In this document: piece by piece, positions 1 through 4,498 of the stretch
How positions within the stretch are numbered: the stretch's first letter is position 1
Layout of the letters: every line of letters begins with the position of its first letter
From: a virus
Taxonomy: Duplodnaviria; Heunggongvirae; Uroviricota; Caudoviricetes
IMG/VR virus record: IMGVR_UViG_2695420565_000002
DNA: 6,439 nucleotides
Strand: one strand, 5' to 3'
Made by a program: the position numbers and the translations under genes
Notes under the pieces: model-generated
Told to the model about the DNA's origin: nothing
What the model saw: only the letters and a program-made list of their open reading frames with translations
The model's database searches: none

Positions 1-34
1 GGACTTCAGGGGAAAAACGAGTATTTTTAGTCAT
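1..34 (-). CDS. IS3-family transposase OrfA, N-terminal 11 codons only (partial, continues beyond window)
   Basis: ATG at 34..32 (minus) preceded by AAGAGGT SD with 8-nt spacer; translation MTKNTRFSPEV; sits inside the IS terminal region. Confidence 0.65.
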   Translation of the reverse strand, partial: MTKNTRFSPEV

Positions 35-88
35 CCTGTTTACCTCTTTCTCAGGAAGTTTAGTCTCCAGGATTCCCGGGGCGGTTCA
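1..88 (-). mobile_element. Left end of an IS3-family insertion sequence (IS629/IS1203-like), partial; rest of element lies beyond the window start
   Basis: Minus strand reads 5'-TGAACCGCCCCGGGAATCCTGGAGACTAAACTTCCTGAGAAAGAGGTAAACAGG-ATG from position 88 downward: a TGA-initiated terminal inverted repeat followed by an SD and an ORF start encoding MTKNTRFSPEV, which I recall as the N-terminus of IS629-group OrfA. Identification is from memory, not a search. Confidence 0.75.
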
Positions 89-560
89 GTAAGGGGGTAT
101 TTGTATTTATTGTCTTTTGTATATTGTCTTTTGTGTTTAGCTGACTTGGCTTATACCCATTAGCCGACTTGGCTAATGTTTTATTAGCTGTTTTAGCTAA
201 TGTTAAGCTGTCCTGGCTAATCCACTGAGAAACCACCTTGTTCACTCCGATTTTCACGCCATCAGCAATGAGGAATTTACGCTCAATAAGCTGGCGCTTG
301 GCAGCGCAAACATGAGTGTGATGAATACCTGTCATGGCTGCTATCTGCGTGTTTGTGAGTCGATCCATCGGCTTATTGAATCCGTATGTCTTGCGCATGA
401 TAGCGAGCATCACCTTCAACTGCCGGACGGTTAAATCAGCCATCAGCAGACTGTCGGTAATCTCGTTAGCAACGCGCATGAAACCATCTTCGGTATCTGC
501 CACGCGATGCTCCACGACCTCCAGTTGAGGCCTGTAATCAGCTAACTTAACGACGCCCAT
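60..560 (-). CDS. O: Lambda O-like replication initiator, N-terminal iteron-binding domain intact; C-terminus replaced by IS-derived codons (truncated by IS insertion)
   Basis: 166-aa ORF; motif LTVRQLKVMLAIMRKTYGFNKPMDRLTNTQIAAMTG resembles lambda O N-terminal domain (LTKRQFKVLLAILRKTYGWNKPMDRITDSQL, recalled). Strong SD AGGAG 6 nt upstream of ATG at 560. Iterons lie inside the coding sequence as in lambda O. Codon 158 spans the IS junction at 88/89, so the last 8 residues and the stop (62..60) are encoded by the IS inverted repeat. Confidence 0.8.
   Translation of the reverse strand: MGVVKLADYRPQLEVVEHRVADTEDGFMRVANEITDSLLMADLTVRQLKVMLAIMRKTYGFNKPMDRLTNTQIAAMTGIHHTHVCAAKRQLIERKFLIADGVKIGVNKVVSQWISQDSLTLAKTANKTLAKSANGYKPSQLNTKDNIQKTINTNTPLLNRPGNPGD
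98..136. repeat. AT-rich region of the replication origin, with a 13-bp direct repeat TATTGTCTTTTGT at 108..120 and 122..134
   Basis: Directly visible; strongly T-rich on the plus strand, immediately flanking the iteron array, matching the iterons-then-AT-rich layout of ori-lambda when read in the O coding direction. Confidence 0.55.
137..220. repeat. Origin iterons: four imperfect 17-18 bp dyad-symmetric repeats (TTAGCyGnyTTrGCTAA)
   Basis: Copies at 137..153 TTAGCTGACTTGGCTTA, 160..176 TTAGCCGACTTGGCTAA, 184..200 TTAGCTGTTTTAGCTAA, 203..220 TTAAGCTGTCCTGGCTAA; spacing 23, 24, 19 bp; embedded in the O-like gene. Confidence 0.7.
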
Positions 561-708
561 GTTTCACTCCTGCTTTGGCTAGTCTGTAAACACCAACAAG
601 GCGTTCTACGAACGCCCTGTTATTTGCTGCGGCTACCACTAATCCCTCAGGTGAATCAGGGTGTCGAATCTCTTCTTTTTCCTGGTATTTCTTACGACGT
701 TTTGTCAT
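547..708 (-). CDS. Small basic hypothetical protein (53 aa) between cII and O, not in the supplied ORF track
   Basis: ATG at 708..706 preceded by AGGAG with 5-nt spacer; translation MTKRRKKYQEKEEIRHPDSPEGLVVAAANNRAFVERLVGVYRLAKAGVKHGRR; stop TAA at 549..547 overlaps the first codons of the O-like gene, suggesting translational coupling. No homolog recognised. Confidence 0.4.
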   Translation of the reverse strand: MTKRRKKYQEKEEIRHPDSPEGLVVAAANNRAFVERLVGVYRLAKAGVKHGRR

Positions 709-717
709 AATTACTCC

Positions 718-785
718 TGTAGATTGATCCAGTCTTTCTACATCAGGCCTCGAAGAATTCGCCGTTCTTCGGGGCTTTTTCTTTT
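718..785 (+). ncRNA. Candidate OOP-like antisense RNA ending at an intrinsic terminator inside the cII 3' end
   Basis: Plus-strand hairpin with 11-bp stem 747..757/765..775 (one G-U pair), 7-nt loop, then TTTTTCTTTT 776..785; antisense to the last about 40 nt of cII. Possible extended -10 TGtCATAAT at 703..711. The 5' end is a guess. Confidence 0.4.
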
Positions 786-1024
786 GTCAGGTAATCGGCA
801 AGCCGCTTAGTCAATTCAGCCATTTCATCGTCTTCGATTCCGTATTCCAGAACAGCAAGCATCATGCTTACCTGCGAGAAGAAACCATTCTTCCATCGGC
901 TTACCTGATATTCAGGAACCCCCATTGCTCGAGCGAATGTCTTCTGCCCCATCAGTGCCAGTTTGTTCAGCAAGGCCGACTCGATGCGAGCCGCTTTCTT
1001 GCTTTTAGTTGCAATAGTACCCAT
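743..1024 (-). CDS. cII: Transcriptional activator CII (lambda cII homolog)
   Basis: 93 aa; RIESALLNKLALMG...QVSRWKNGF...FSQVSMMLAVLEYGIEDDEMAEL parallels lambda CII (RIESALLNKIAMLG...QISRWKRDWIPKFSMLLAVLEWGVVDDDMARL, recalled). SD AAGGA 8 nt upstream; located downstream of cro and nutR as in lambda. Confidence 0.9.
   Translation of the reverse strand: MGTIATKSKKAARIESALLNKLALMGQKTFARAMGVPEYQVSRWKNGFFSQVSMMLAVLEYGIEDDEMAELTKRLADYLTKEKAPKNGEFFEA
747..785 (+). terminator. Rho-independent terminator, antisense to cII 3' end
   Basis: GCCTCGAAGAA-ttcgccg-TTCTTCGGGGC followed by TTTTTCTTTT. Confidence 0.7.
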
Positions 1025-1100
1025 AGATAATTTCCTTAATGATTAGATAGAGTTGGCTTCGCAAAGAAACGCAAAACCATAGAGATTTGTTTCTGGTAAT

Positions 1101-1132
1101 GCCCTTTTTCAGGGCGGGGATGTGTAAGAGCG
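1101..1132 (-). promoter_or_regulatory. nutR antitermination site (boxA + boxB)
   Basis: Minus strand reads CGCTCTTACACATCC (boxA, 1132..1118) then GCCCTGAAAAAGGGC (boxB, 1115..1101); boxB matches lambda nutR boxB as recalled; placed between cro and cII. Confidence 0.8.
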
Positions 1133-1140
1133 GGAATGTC

Positions 1141-1356
1141 TTAAGCGGCTTTGTGTTCCGGCGGGAACACGTCATCAAGACTGACTTTTGCGCCTAACTT
1201 GTTTAGGCACTCAACAAGAGCACGGCATGTTTTAAGGTCTGGGAAGCGACGACCAGATTCCCAATGTCCGATAGCTCCCTGTGTGCATCCAACTGCCTTA
1301 GCAAGTGTTGTTTGAGAGATATTCAGTGACTCTCGATATTTTCGTAGGTTGCTCAT
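1141..1356 (-). CDS. cro: Cro-like HTH repressor (71 aa), non-lambda immunity type
   Basis: ATG at 1356 preceded by GGAGG (4-nt spacer). [26 protein letters not shown] resembles the cI HTH in this window ([23 protein letters not shown]). Divergent from cI across an operator region. The track's longer ORF begins at a TTG inside the predicted pR -10 and is not used. Confidence 0.8.
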   Translation of the reverse strand: MSNLRKYRESLNISQTTLAKAVGCTQGAIGHWESGRRFPDLKTCRALVECLNKLGAKVSLDDVFPPEHKAA

Positions 1357-1382
1357 ATGCCCTCCATAGTAACCATGAAACA

Positions 1383-1411
1383 ATAATACGATATGTACTT
1401 TTAGAATGCAA
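1383..1411 (-). promoter_or_regulatory. pR-like promoter for cro/cII/O
   Basis: Minus strand -35 TTGCAT (plus 1406..1411), 17-bp spacer, -10 TATTAT (plus 1383..1388); operator OR1 lies in the spacer. Confidence 0.6.
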
Positions 1412-1457
1412 GCAAAAATACATCTTGTGCATGGATGGTTTTAGTACAGAGCGTAAT
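1385..1457. promoter_or_regulatory. Right operator region with three 15-bp candidate repressor sites of the form ArTAC-N5-GTnnT
   Basis: 1385..1399 AATACGATATGTACT, 1417..1431 AATACATCTTGTGCA, 1443..1457 AGTACAGAGCGTAAT; related to the perfect dyad AGTACAAATCGTACT at pL (2264..2278). Confidence 0.5.
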
Positions 1458-1472
1458 AATAAGGGTATGAAA

Positions 1473-2126
1473 ATGAAATGGTATGAACTGGCTAGATCCA
1501 GAATGAAAGAGCTCGGCATAACTCAAGAGAAGTTAGCTGAAGAGCTTGGTATGACGCAGGGTGGAATTGGTCACTGGTTGCGCGGATCTCGTCATCCATC
1601 TCTTGACGAGATTGGTGTGGTGTTTAAATACCTTGGTATTGATAACGTCTCATTCAACCACGACGGTACATTTTCACCTGTTGGCGAATACTCATCTGCC
1701 CCCGTTAAAAAACAATATGAGTACCCTGTTTTTTCTCATGTTCAGGCAGGGATGTTCTCGCCTGAGCTTAGAACCTTTACCAAAGGTGATGCGGAGAGAT
1801 GGGTCAGCACAACCAAAAAAGCCAGTGATTGTGCGTTTTGGCTTGAAGTTGAAGGTAATTCCATGACCGCGCCAACAGGATCGAAGCCAAGCTTTCCTGA
1901 CGGGATGTTAATTCTCGTTGACCCCGAGCAGGCTGTTGAGCCAGGTGATTTCTGCATAGCCAGACTTGGTGGTGACGAGTTTACCTTCAAGAAACTGATC
2001 AGGGATAGCGGTCAGGTGTTCCTACAGCCACTAAACCCGCAATATCCAATGATTCCATGCAATGATAGCTGTTCCGTAGTAGGGAAAGTTATCGCCAGCC
2101 AGTGGCCTGAAGAGACATTTAGTTAA
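1473..2126 (+). CDS. cI: CI-type prophage repressor with LexA/S24-like autocleavage domain; hybrid (novel N-terminal HTH domain, lambda-type C-terminal domain)
   Basis: From [38 protein letters not shown] onward the protein matches lambda CI C-terminal domain almost residue for residue (recalled); N-terminal 80 aa differ and carry an XRE-type HTH. Start chosen at ATG 1473 (AAGGG 7 nt upstream); ATG 1467 is an alternative. Confidence 0.92.
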   Translation: MKWYELARSRMKELGITQEKLAEELGMTQGGIGHWLRGSRHPSLDEIGVVFKYLGIDNVSFNHDGTFSPVGEYSSAPVKKQYEYPVFSHVQAGMFSPELRTFTKGDAERWVSTTKKASDCAFWLEVEGNSMTAPTGSKPSFPDGMLILVDPEQAVEPGDFCIARLGGDEFTFKKLIRDSGQVFLQPLNPQYPMIPCNDSCSVVGKVIASQWPEETFS

Positions 2127-2157
2127 CAGCCTCACCACTCTAAAACACACAACAATA

Positions 2158-2188
2158 ACCCGACCTTAGCGTCGGGTTTTCTTTTTCC
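2158..2188 (+). terminator. Rho-independent terminator downstream of cI
   Basis: ACCCGAC-cttagc-GTCGGGT 7-bp stem followed by TTTCTTTTTCC. Confidence 0.7.
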
Positions 2189-2251
2189 AAAATATAAACC
2201 CATTAAATACAAAGCGTTATAAAAAAGTAGTTATATTTAGAACATTTTGTA

Positions 2252-2287
2252 TTGACTCGATAAAGTACAAATCGTACTATTTAGCCA
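2252..2287 (+). promoter_or_regulatory. pL-like early-left promoter with operator OL1
   Basis: -35 TTGACT 2252..2257, 17-bp spacer, -10 TACTAT 2275..2280; perfect dyad AGTACAAATCGTACT 2264..2278 overlaps spacer and -10; downstream ATCAGCAGGACGCACTGACCACCATGAAGGTGA matches the lambda pL transcript start as recalled. Confidence 0.75.
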
Positions 2288-2319
2288 TCAGCAGGACGCA
2301 CTGACCACCATGAAGGTGA

Positions 2320-2350
2320 GGCTCTTAAAAATTAAGCCCTGAAGAAGGGC
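2320..2350 (+). promoter_or_regulatory. nutL antitermination site (boxA + boxB)
   Basis: GGCTCTTAAAAATTAA then boxB GCCCTGAAGAAGGGC (2336..2350), matching lambda nutL as recalled. Confidence 0.85.
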
Positions 2351-2548
2351 AGCATTCAAAGCAGAAGGCTTTGGGATTGGATGAATGAGCAGGCTTATGC
2401 TCGACCAATGTATAAACAGCGCTCATGGCAAGCAGTAACCAATCTGCGCCTCAAGACAGCGTCACTGGTAGTGCGGGCGCTCTAACCAGTAAGCCGGGGT
2501 TCAGCGCCGGCCATCCAATCACCAAAGCTAACTGACAGGAGAATCCAG

Positions 2549-2881
2549 ATGGATGCACAAACACGCCGCCGCGAACGTCGCGCAGAGAAACAGGCTCAAT
2601 GGAAAGCAGCAAATCCCCTGTTGGTTGGGGTAAGCGCAAAACCAGTTAACCGCCCTATTCTCTCGCTGAATCGCAAACCGAAATCACGAGTAGAAAGCGC
2701 ACTGAATCCGATAGACCTTACAGTGCTGGCTGAATACCACGAACAGATTGAAAGCAACCTGCAACGTATTGAGCGCAAGAATCAGCGCACATGGTACAGC
2801 AAGCCACGCAGTGAAATGGGTGTGACCTGTTCAGGCCGCCAGAAGCAACGCGGAAAATCAATTCCAGCTTATTACGATTGA
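2549..2881 (+). CDS. N: Antitermination protein N
   Basis: 110 aa beginning MDAQTRRRERRAEKQAQWKAANPLLVGVSAKPVNRPILSLNRKPKSRVESALNPIDLTVLAEYH, matching lambda N from memory, including the arginine-rich boxB-binding motif; AGGAG SD; downstream of nutL. Confidence 0.95.
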   Translation: MDAQTRRRERRAEKQAQWKAANPLLVGVSAKPVNRPILSLNRKPKSRVESALNPIDLTVLAEYHEQIESNLQRIERKNQRTWYSKPRSEMGVTCSGRQKQRGKSIPAYYD

Positions 2882-2888
2882 GGTGGTC

Positions 2889-3026
2889 ATGCTCAAGAAA
2901 ATCAAACGCCGACTTTACAAAGAAGGTAGATATTCATGCCAATTGCCAAAATGCGACACAACAAAATGGAGTGTCGATGATTGGTGTAACTGGATAGATA
3001 GATACGGAACTTGGTGGGATAAATAA
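2889..3026 (+). CDS. Hypothetical small Cys/Trp-rich protein (45 aa)
   Basis: ATG 2889 with GAGGTG just upstream overlapping the N stop; MLKKIKRRLYKEGRYSCQLPKCDTTKWSVDDWCNWIDRYGTWWDK; occupies the position where lambda carries sieB. Below the ORF-track length cutoff. Confidence 0.3.
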   Translation: MLKKIKRRLYKEGRYSCQLPKCDTTKWSVDDWCNWIDRYGTWWDK

Positions 3027-3080
3027 CAGGTAACTTAAGCGTATTTACTTTCGCGGCAAACCACATATTTGAGGTGAGAT

Positions 3081-3167
3081 ATGGAAGAAGAATTTGAAGA
3101 GTTCGAAGAGCATCCGCAGGATGTGATGGAACAATACCAGGACTATCCGTATGACTACGACTATTGA
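3081..3167 (+). CDS. Highly acidic 28-aa peptide (lambda orf28 equivalent)
   Basis: GAGGTG SD 4 nt upstream of ATG 3081; MEEEFEEFEEHPQDVMEQYQDYPYDYDY; overlaps the ral start by 17 nt in another frame; same position as lambda orf28 upstream of ral. Confidence 0.55.
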   Translation: MEEEFEEFEEHPQDVMEQYQDYPYDYDY

Positions 3168-3351
3168 TACAAATCAATGGTGTGGACAATTCAAGCGATG
3201 CAATGGATGCAAGCTGCAATCGGAATACATGGTTAAGCCTGAAGAAATGTTTCCTGTAATGGAAGATGGGAAATATGTCGATAAATGGGCAATACGAACG
3301 ACGGCAATGATTGCCAGAGAACTTGGTAAACAGAATAACAAGGCTGCCTGA
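3151..3351 (+). CDS. ral: Restriction alleviation protein Ral
   Basis: 66 aa MTTTIDTNQWCGQFKRCNGCKLQSEYMVKPEEMFPVMEDGKYVDKWAIRTTAMIARELGKQNNKAA, nearly identical to lambda Ral as recalled. Confidence 0.92.
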   Translation: MTTTIDTNQWCGQFKRCNGCKLQSEYMVKPEEMFPVMEDGKYVDKWAIRTTAMIARELGKQNNKAA

Positions 3352-3390
3352 TGGTGGCCTTTATTTTTGGCATAAACAACAGAGGATAAC

Positions 3391-3687
3391 ATGGAATTTA
3401 AAGGTACTGAAGGCAAGTGGGAAATAATGATGGATGGCGATGAGATTAAAATAATCCAGGCAGACTCACTTGAAAATGGCGCAGGCTGGCGTTCGTATAT
3501 TGCAATCTGTGAGGAAGTTCAATGTATTGAAGATGCCAATCTAATAGCGGCAGCACCTGACCTTCTCGAAGCACTTCAGTTATTACTTAAGCAATCCAAA
3601 AATAGAACAACGACAACATATCCAGAATGGTATGGAGCTGTTAATAAAGGTCTTGCAGCAATCAGCAAGGCTCTGGGAGGTGAATGA
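3391..3687 (+). CDS. Hypothetical protein (98 aa), early-left operon
   Basis: AGAGGA SD 4 nt upstream; protein-like composition; stop overlaps the next start (ATGA). No family recognised. Confidence 0.7.
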   Translation: MEFKGTEGKWEIMMDGDEIKIIQADSLENGAGWRSYIAICEEVQCIEDANLIAAAPDLLEALQLLLKQSKNRTTTTYPEWYGAVNKGLAAISKALGGE

Positions 3688-3887
3688 TGTGCGAGTTTTA
3701 TGAAGCAGATATCAAACGCCCAGAAATGGCAAGTGATGCGACATTACGTGATTACTTCGCGGCAAAGGCTATGCAAGCAATGATTAGCAATCCATCGATT
3801 ATCGATAATGATTCTGATGGAGTTGTTAATTATGCAGCAAGCGCTGCATATAAGTTTGCAGACGCAATGCTCAAAGCTCGCGAATAA
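3684..3887 (+). CDS. Hypothetical protein (67 aa; 66 aa if starting at ATG 3687)
   Basis: GGGAGG SD at 3675..3680; ATGA overlap with the upstream gene; MMCEFYEADIKRPEMASDATLRDYFAAKAMQAM...; no family recognised. Confidence 0.65.
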   Translation: MMCEFYEADIKRPEMASDATLRDYFAAKAMQAMISNPSIIDNDSDGVVNYAASAAYKFADAMLKARE

Positions 3888-3892
3888 GCACT

Positions 3893-3920
3893 GTGTATTC
3901 ATTCCAACGAGTGAATACAC
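3893..3920 (+). other. Strong RNA hairpin without U-tract (12-bp stem GTGTATTCATTC / GAGTGAATACAC, loop CAAC)
   Basis: Stem seen directly in sequence, 5 nt after the stop of the 67-aa gene; not followed by a T-run, so not a typical intrinsic terminator. Confidence 0.5.
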
Positions 3921-3982
3921 GGAGCAATGTCGCTCGTAACTAAACAGGAGCCGACTTGTTCTGATTATTGGAAATCTTCTTT

Positions 3983-4010
3983 GCCCTCCGATGTGGGGGG
4001 CCTTTTTATA
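3983..4010 (+). terminator. Rho-independent terminator within the early-left operon, upstream of the cIII-like gene
   Basis: GCCCTCC-gatgt-GGGGGGC (7 bp, one G-U) followed by CTTTTTATA. Confidence 0.6.
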
Positions 4011-4073
4011 TGCATACCAATAACGCTTCACTCGAGGCGTTTTCGTTATGCAATCAAACAGAAGGAGCATCCT

Positions 4074-4244
4074 ATGCAACAGTTCGCTATTGCAGGGGCG
4101 GCATCGGTTCGCCCTTTCAACCCGATTTTATCGGTACAGCATTCACGAAAAAACATTTTAACCGGAGCAGACTTTAAACAACCAAGAATGAAAAGTTTGC
4201 TCGAAAAGCTTTGGGATATTTTGAAACAACAAGGCCGTCCATGA
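4074..4244 (+). CDS. CIII-like protein (56 aa), putative FtsH/HflB inhibitor
   Basis: GAAGGAG SD 6 nt upstream of ATG 4074; N-terminus MQQFAIAG and C-terminus SLLEKLWDILKQQGRP resemble lambda CIII (MQYAIAG...RLIDILNQPGVP, recalled); the central region differs. The longer track ORF from 3927 would span the terminator and is not used. Confidence 0.5.
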   Translation: MQQFAIAGAASVRPFNPILSVQHSRKNILTGADFKQPRMKSLLEKLWDILKQQGRP

Positions 4245-4411
4245 GTTTTACAGATAACTGGTCAGACGAAGAATTCATTCGTCAGATGAAAGAATTAATC
4301 GGTAACGAAGGAGATATTCATGTCACTTGCAACCACAGTGAAGGAGAGCAAGTTACAGAGACGCATGTACACGCAGCAGGCGTTAATGTATCGCCAGAAG
4401 GGAGATCGTGA
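4241..4411 (+). CDS. Hypothetical small acidic protein (56 aa), start overlaps cIII-like stop (ATGA)
   Basis: MSFTDNWSDEEFIRQMKELIGNEGDIH...; weak SD; C-terminal half looks less protein-like; overlaps an alternative-frame ORF with a much better SD. Confidence 0.4.
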   Translation: MSFTDNWSDEEFIRQMKELIGNEGDIHVTCNHSEGEQVTETHVHAAGVNVSPEGRS

Positions 4412-4490
4412 AGGTGTTCGCGTATTTTTAAATGCGGCAAAGACTGAAGTATTAAATCAGCGTTATTTCCTTGGGCCATGTCCATTCTGA
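4320..4490 (+). CDS. Hypothetical small protein (56 aa) in alternative frame, not in the ORF track
   Basis: AAGGAG SD at 4308..4313, 6-nt spacer, ATG 4320; MSLATTVKESKLQRRMYTQQALMYRQKGDREGVRVFLNAAKTEVLNQRYFLGPCPF; ends 8 nt before the SSAP start. Sits where lambda has kil/gam. Confidence 0.45.
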   Translation: MSLATTVKESKLQRRMYTQQALMYRQKGDREGVRVFLNAAKTEVLNQRYFLGPCPF

Positions 4491-4498
4491 GGTGAATT

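Noticed and set aside
137-220. Regularly spaced short repeats that could be mistaken for a CRISPR array
   Set aside because: Only four imperfect, dyad-symmetric 17-18 bp units inside a coding sequence with 2-7 bp gaps instead of unique spacers; architecture fits replication-origin iterons.
334-528. Plus-strand 64-aa ORF antisense to the O-like gene
   Set aside because: Entirely inside the well-supported O-like CDS, no SD, composition typical of antisense frames.
1141-1383. Longer 80-aa version of the cro-like ORF from the track
   Set aside because: Its start is a TTG lying inside the predicted pR -10 hexamer with no SD; ATG 1356 with GGAGG upstream is the credible start.
1305-2126. 273-aa extended version of the cI ORF
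   Set aside because: The N-terminal extension runs through the cro start, pR and the operator region and has no homology support; the repressor begins at ATG 1473 (or 1467).
2490-2510. GC-rich hairpin GCCGG-ggttcagcg-CCGGC in the N leader, considered as a terminator or processing site
   Set aside because: Short stem, no U-tract, and I cannot tell it from incidental leader secondary structure without expression data.
2902-3219. Minus-strand 105-aa ORF considered as a possible sieB-like gene
   Set aside because: It is antisense to ral and orf28, which are strongly supported by near-identity to lambda; no SD and non-protein-like composition.
3340-3368. Possible terminator after ral (AAGGC...GCCTT followed by TATTTTTGG)
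   Set aside because: Stem is only about 5 bp with a 12-nt loop; too weak to call.
3927-4244. 105-aa version of the cIII-like ORF
   Set aside because: Would require translation through the intrinsic terminator hairpin at 3983..4010 and lacks an SD; the internal ATG 4074 has a strong GAAGGAG SD.
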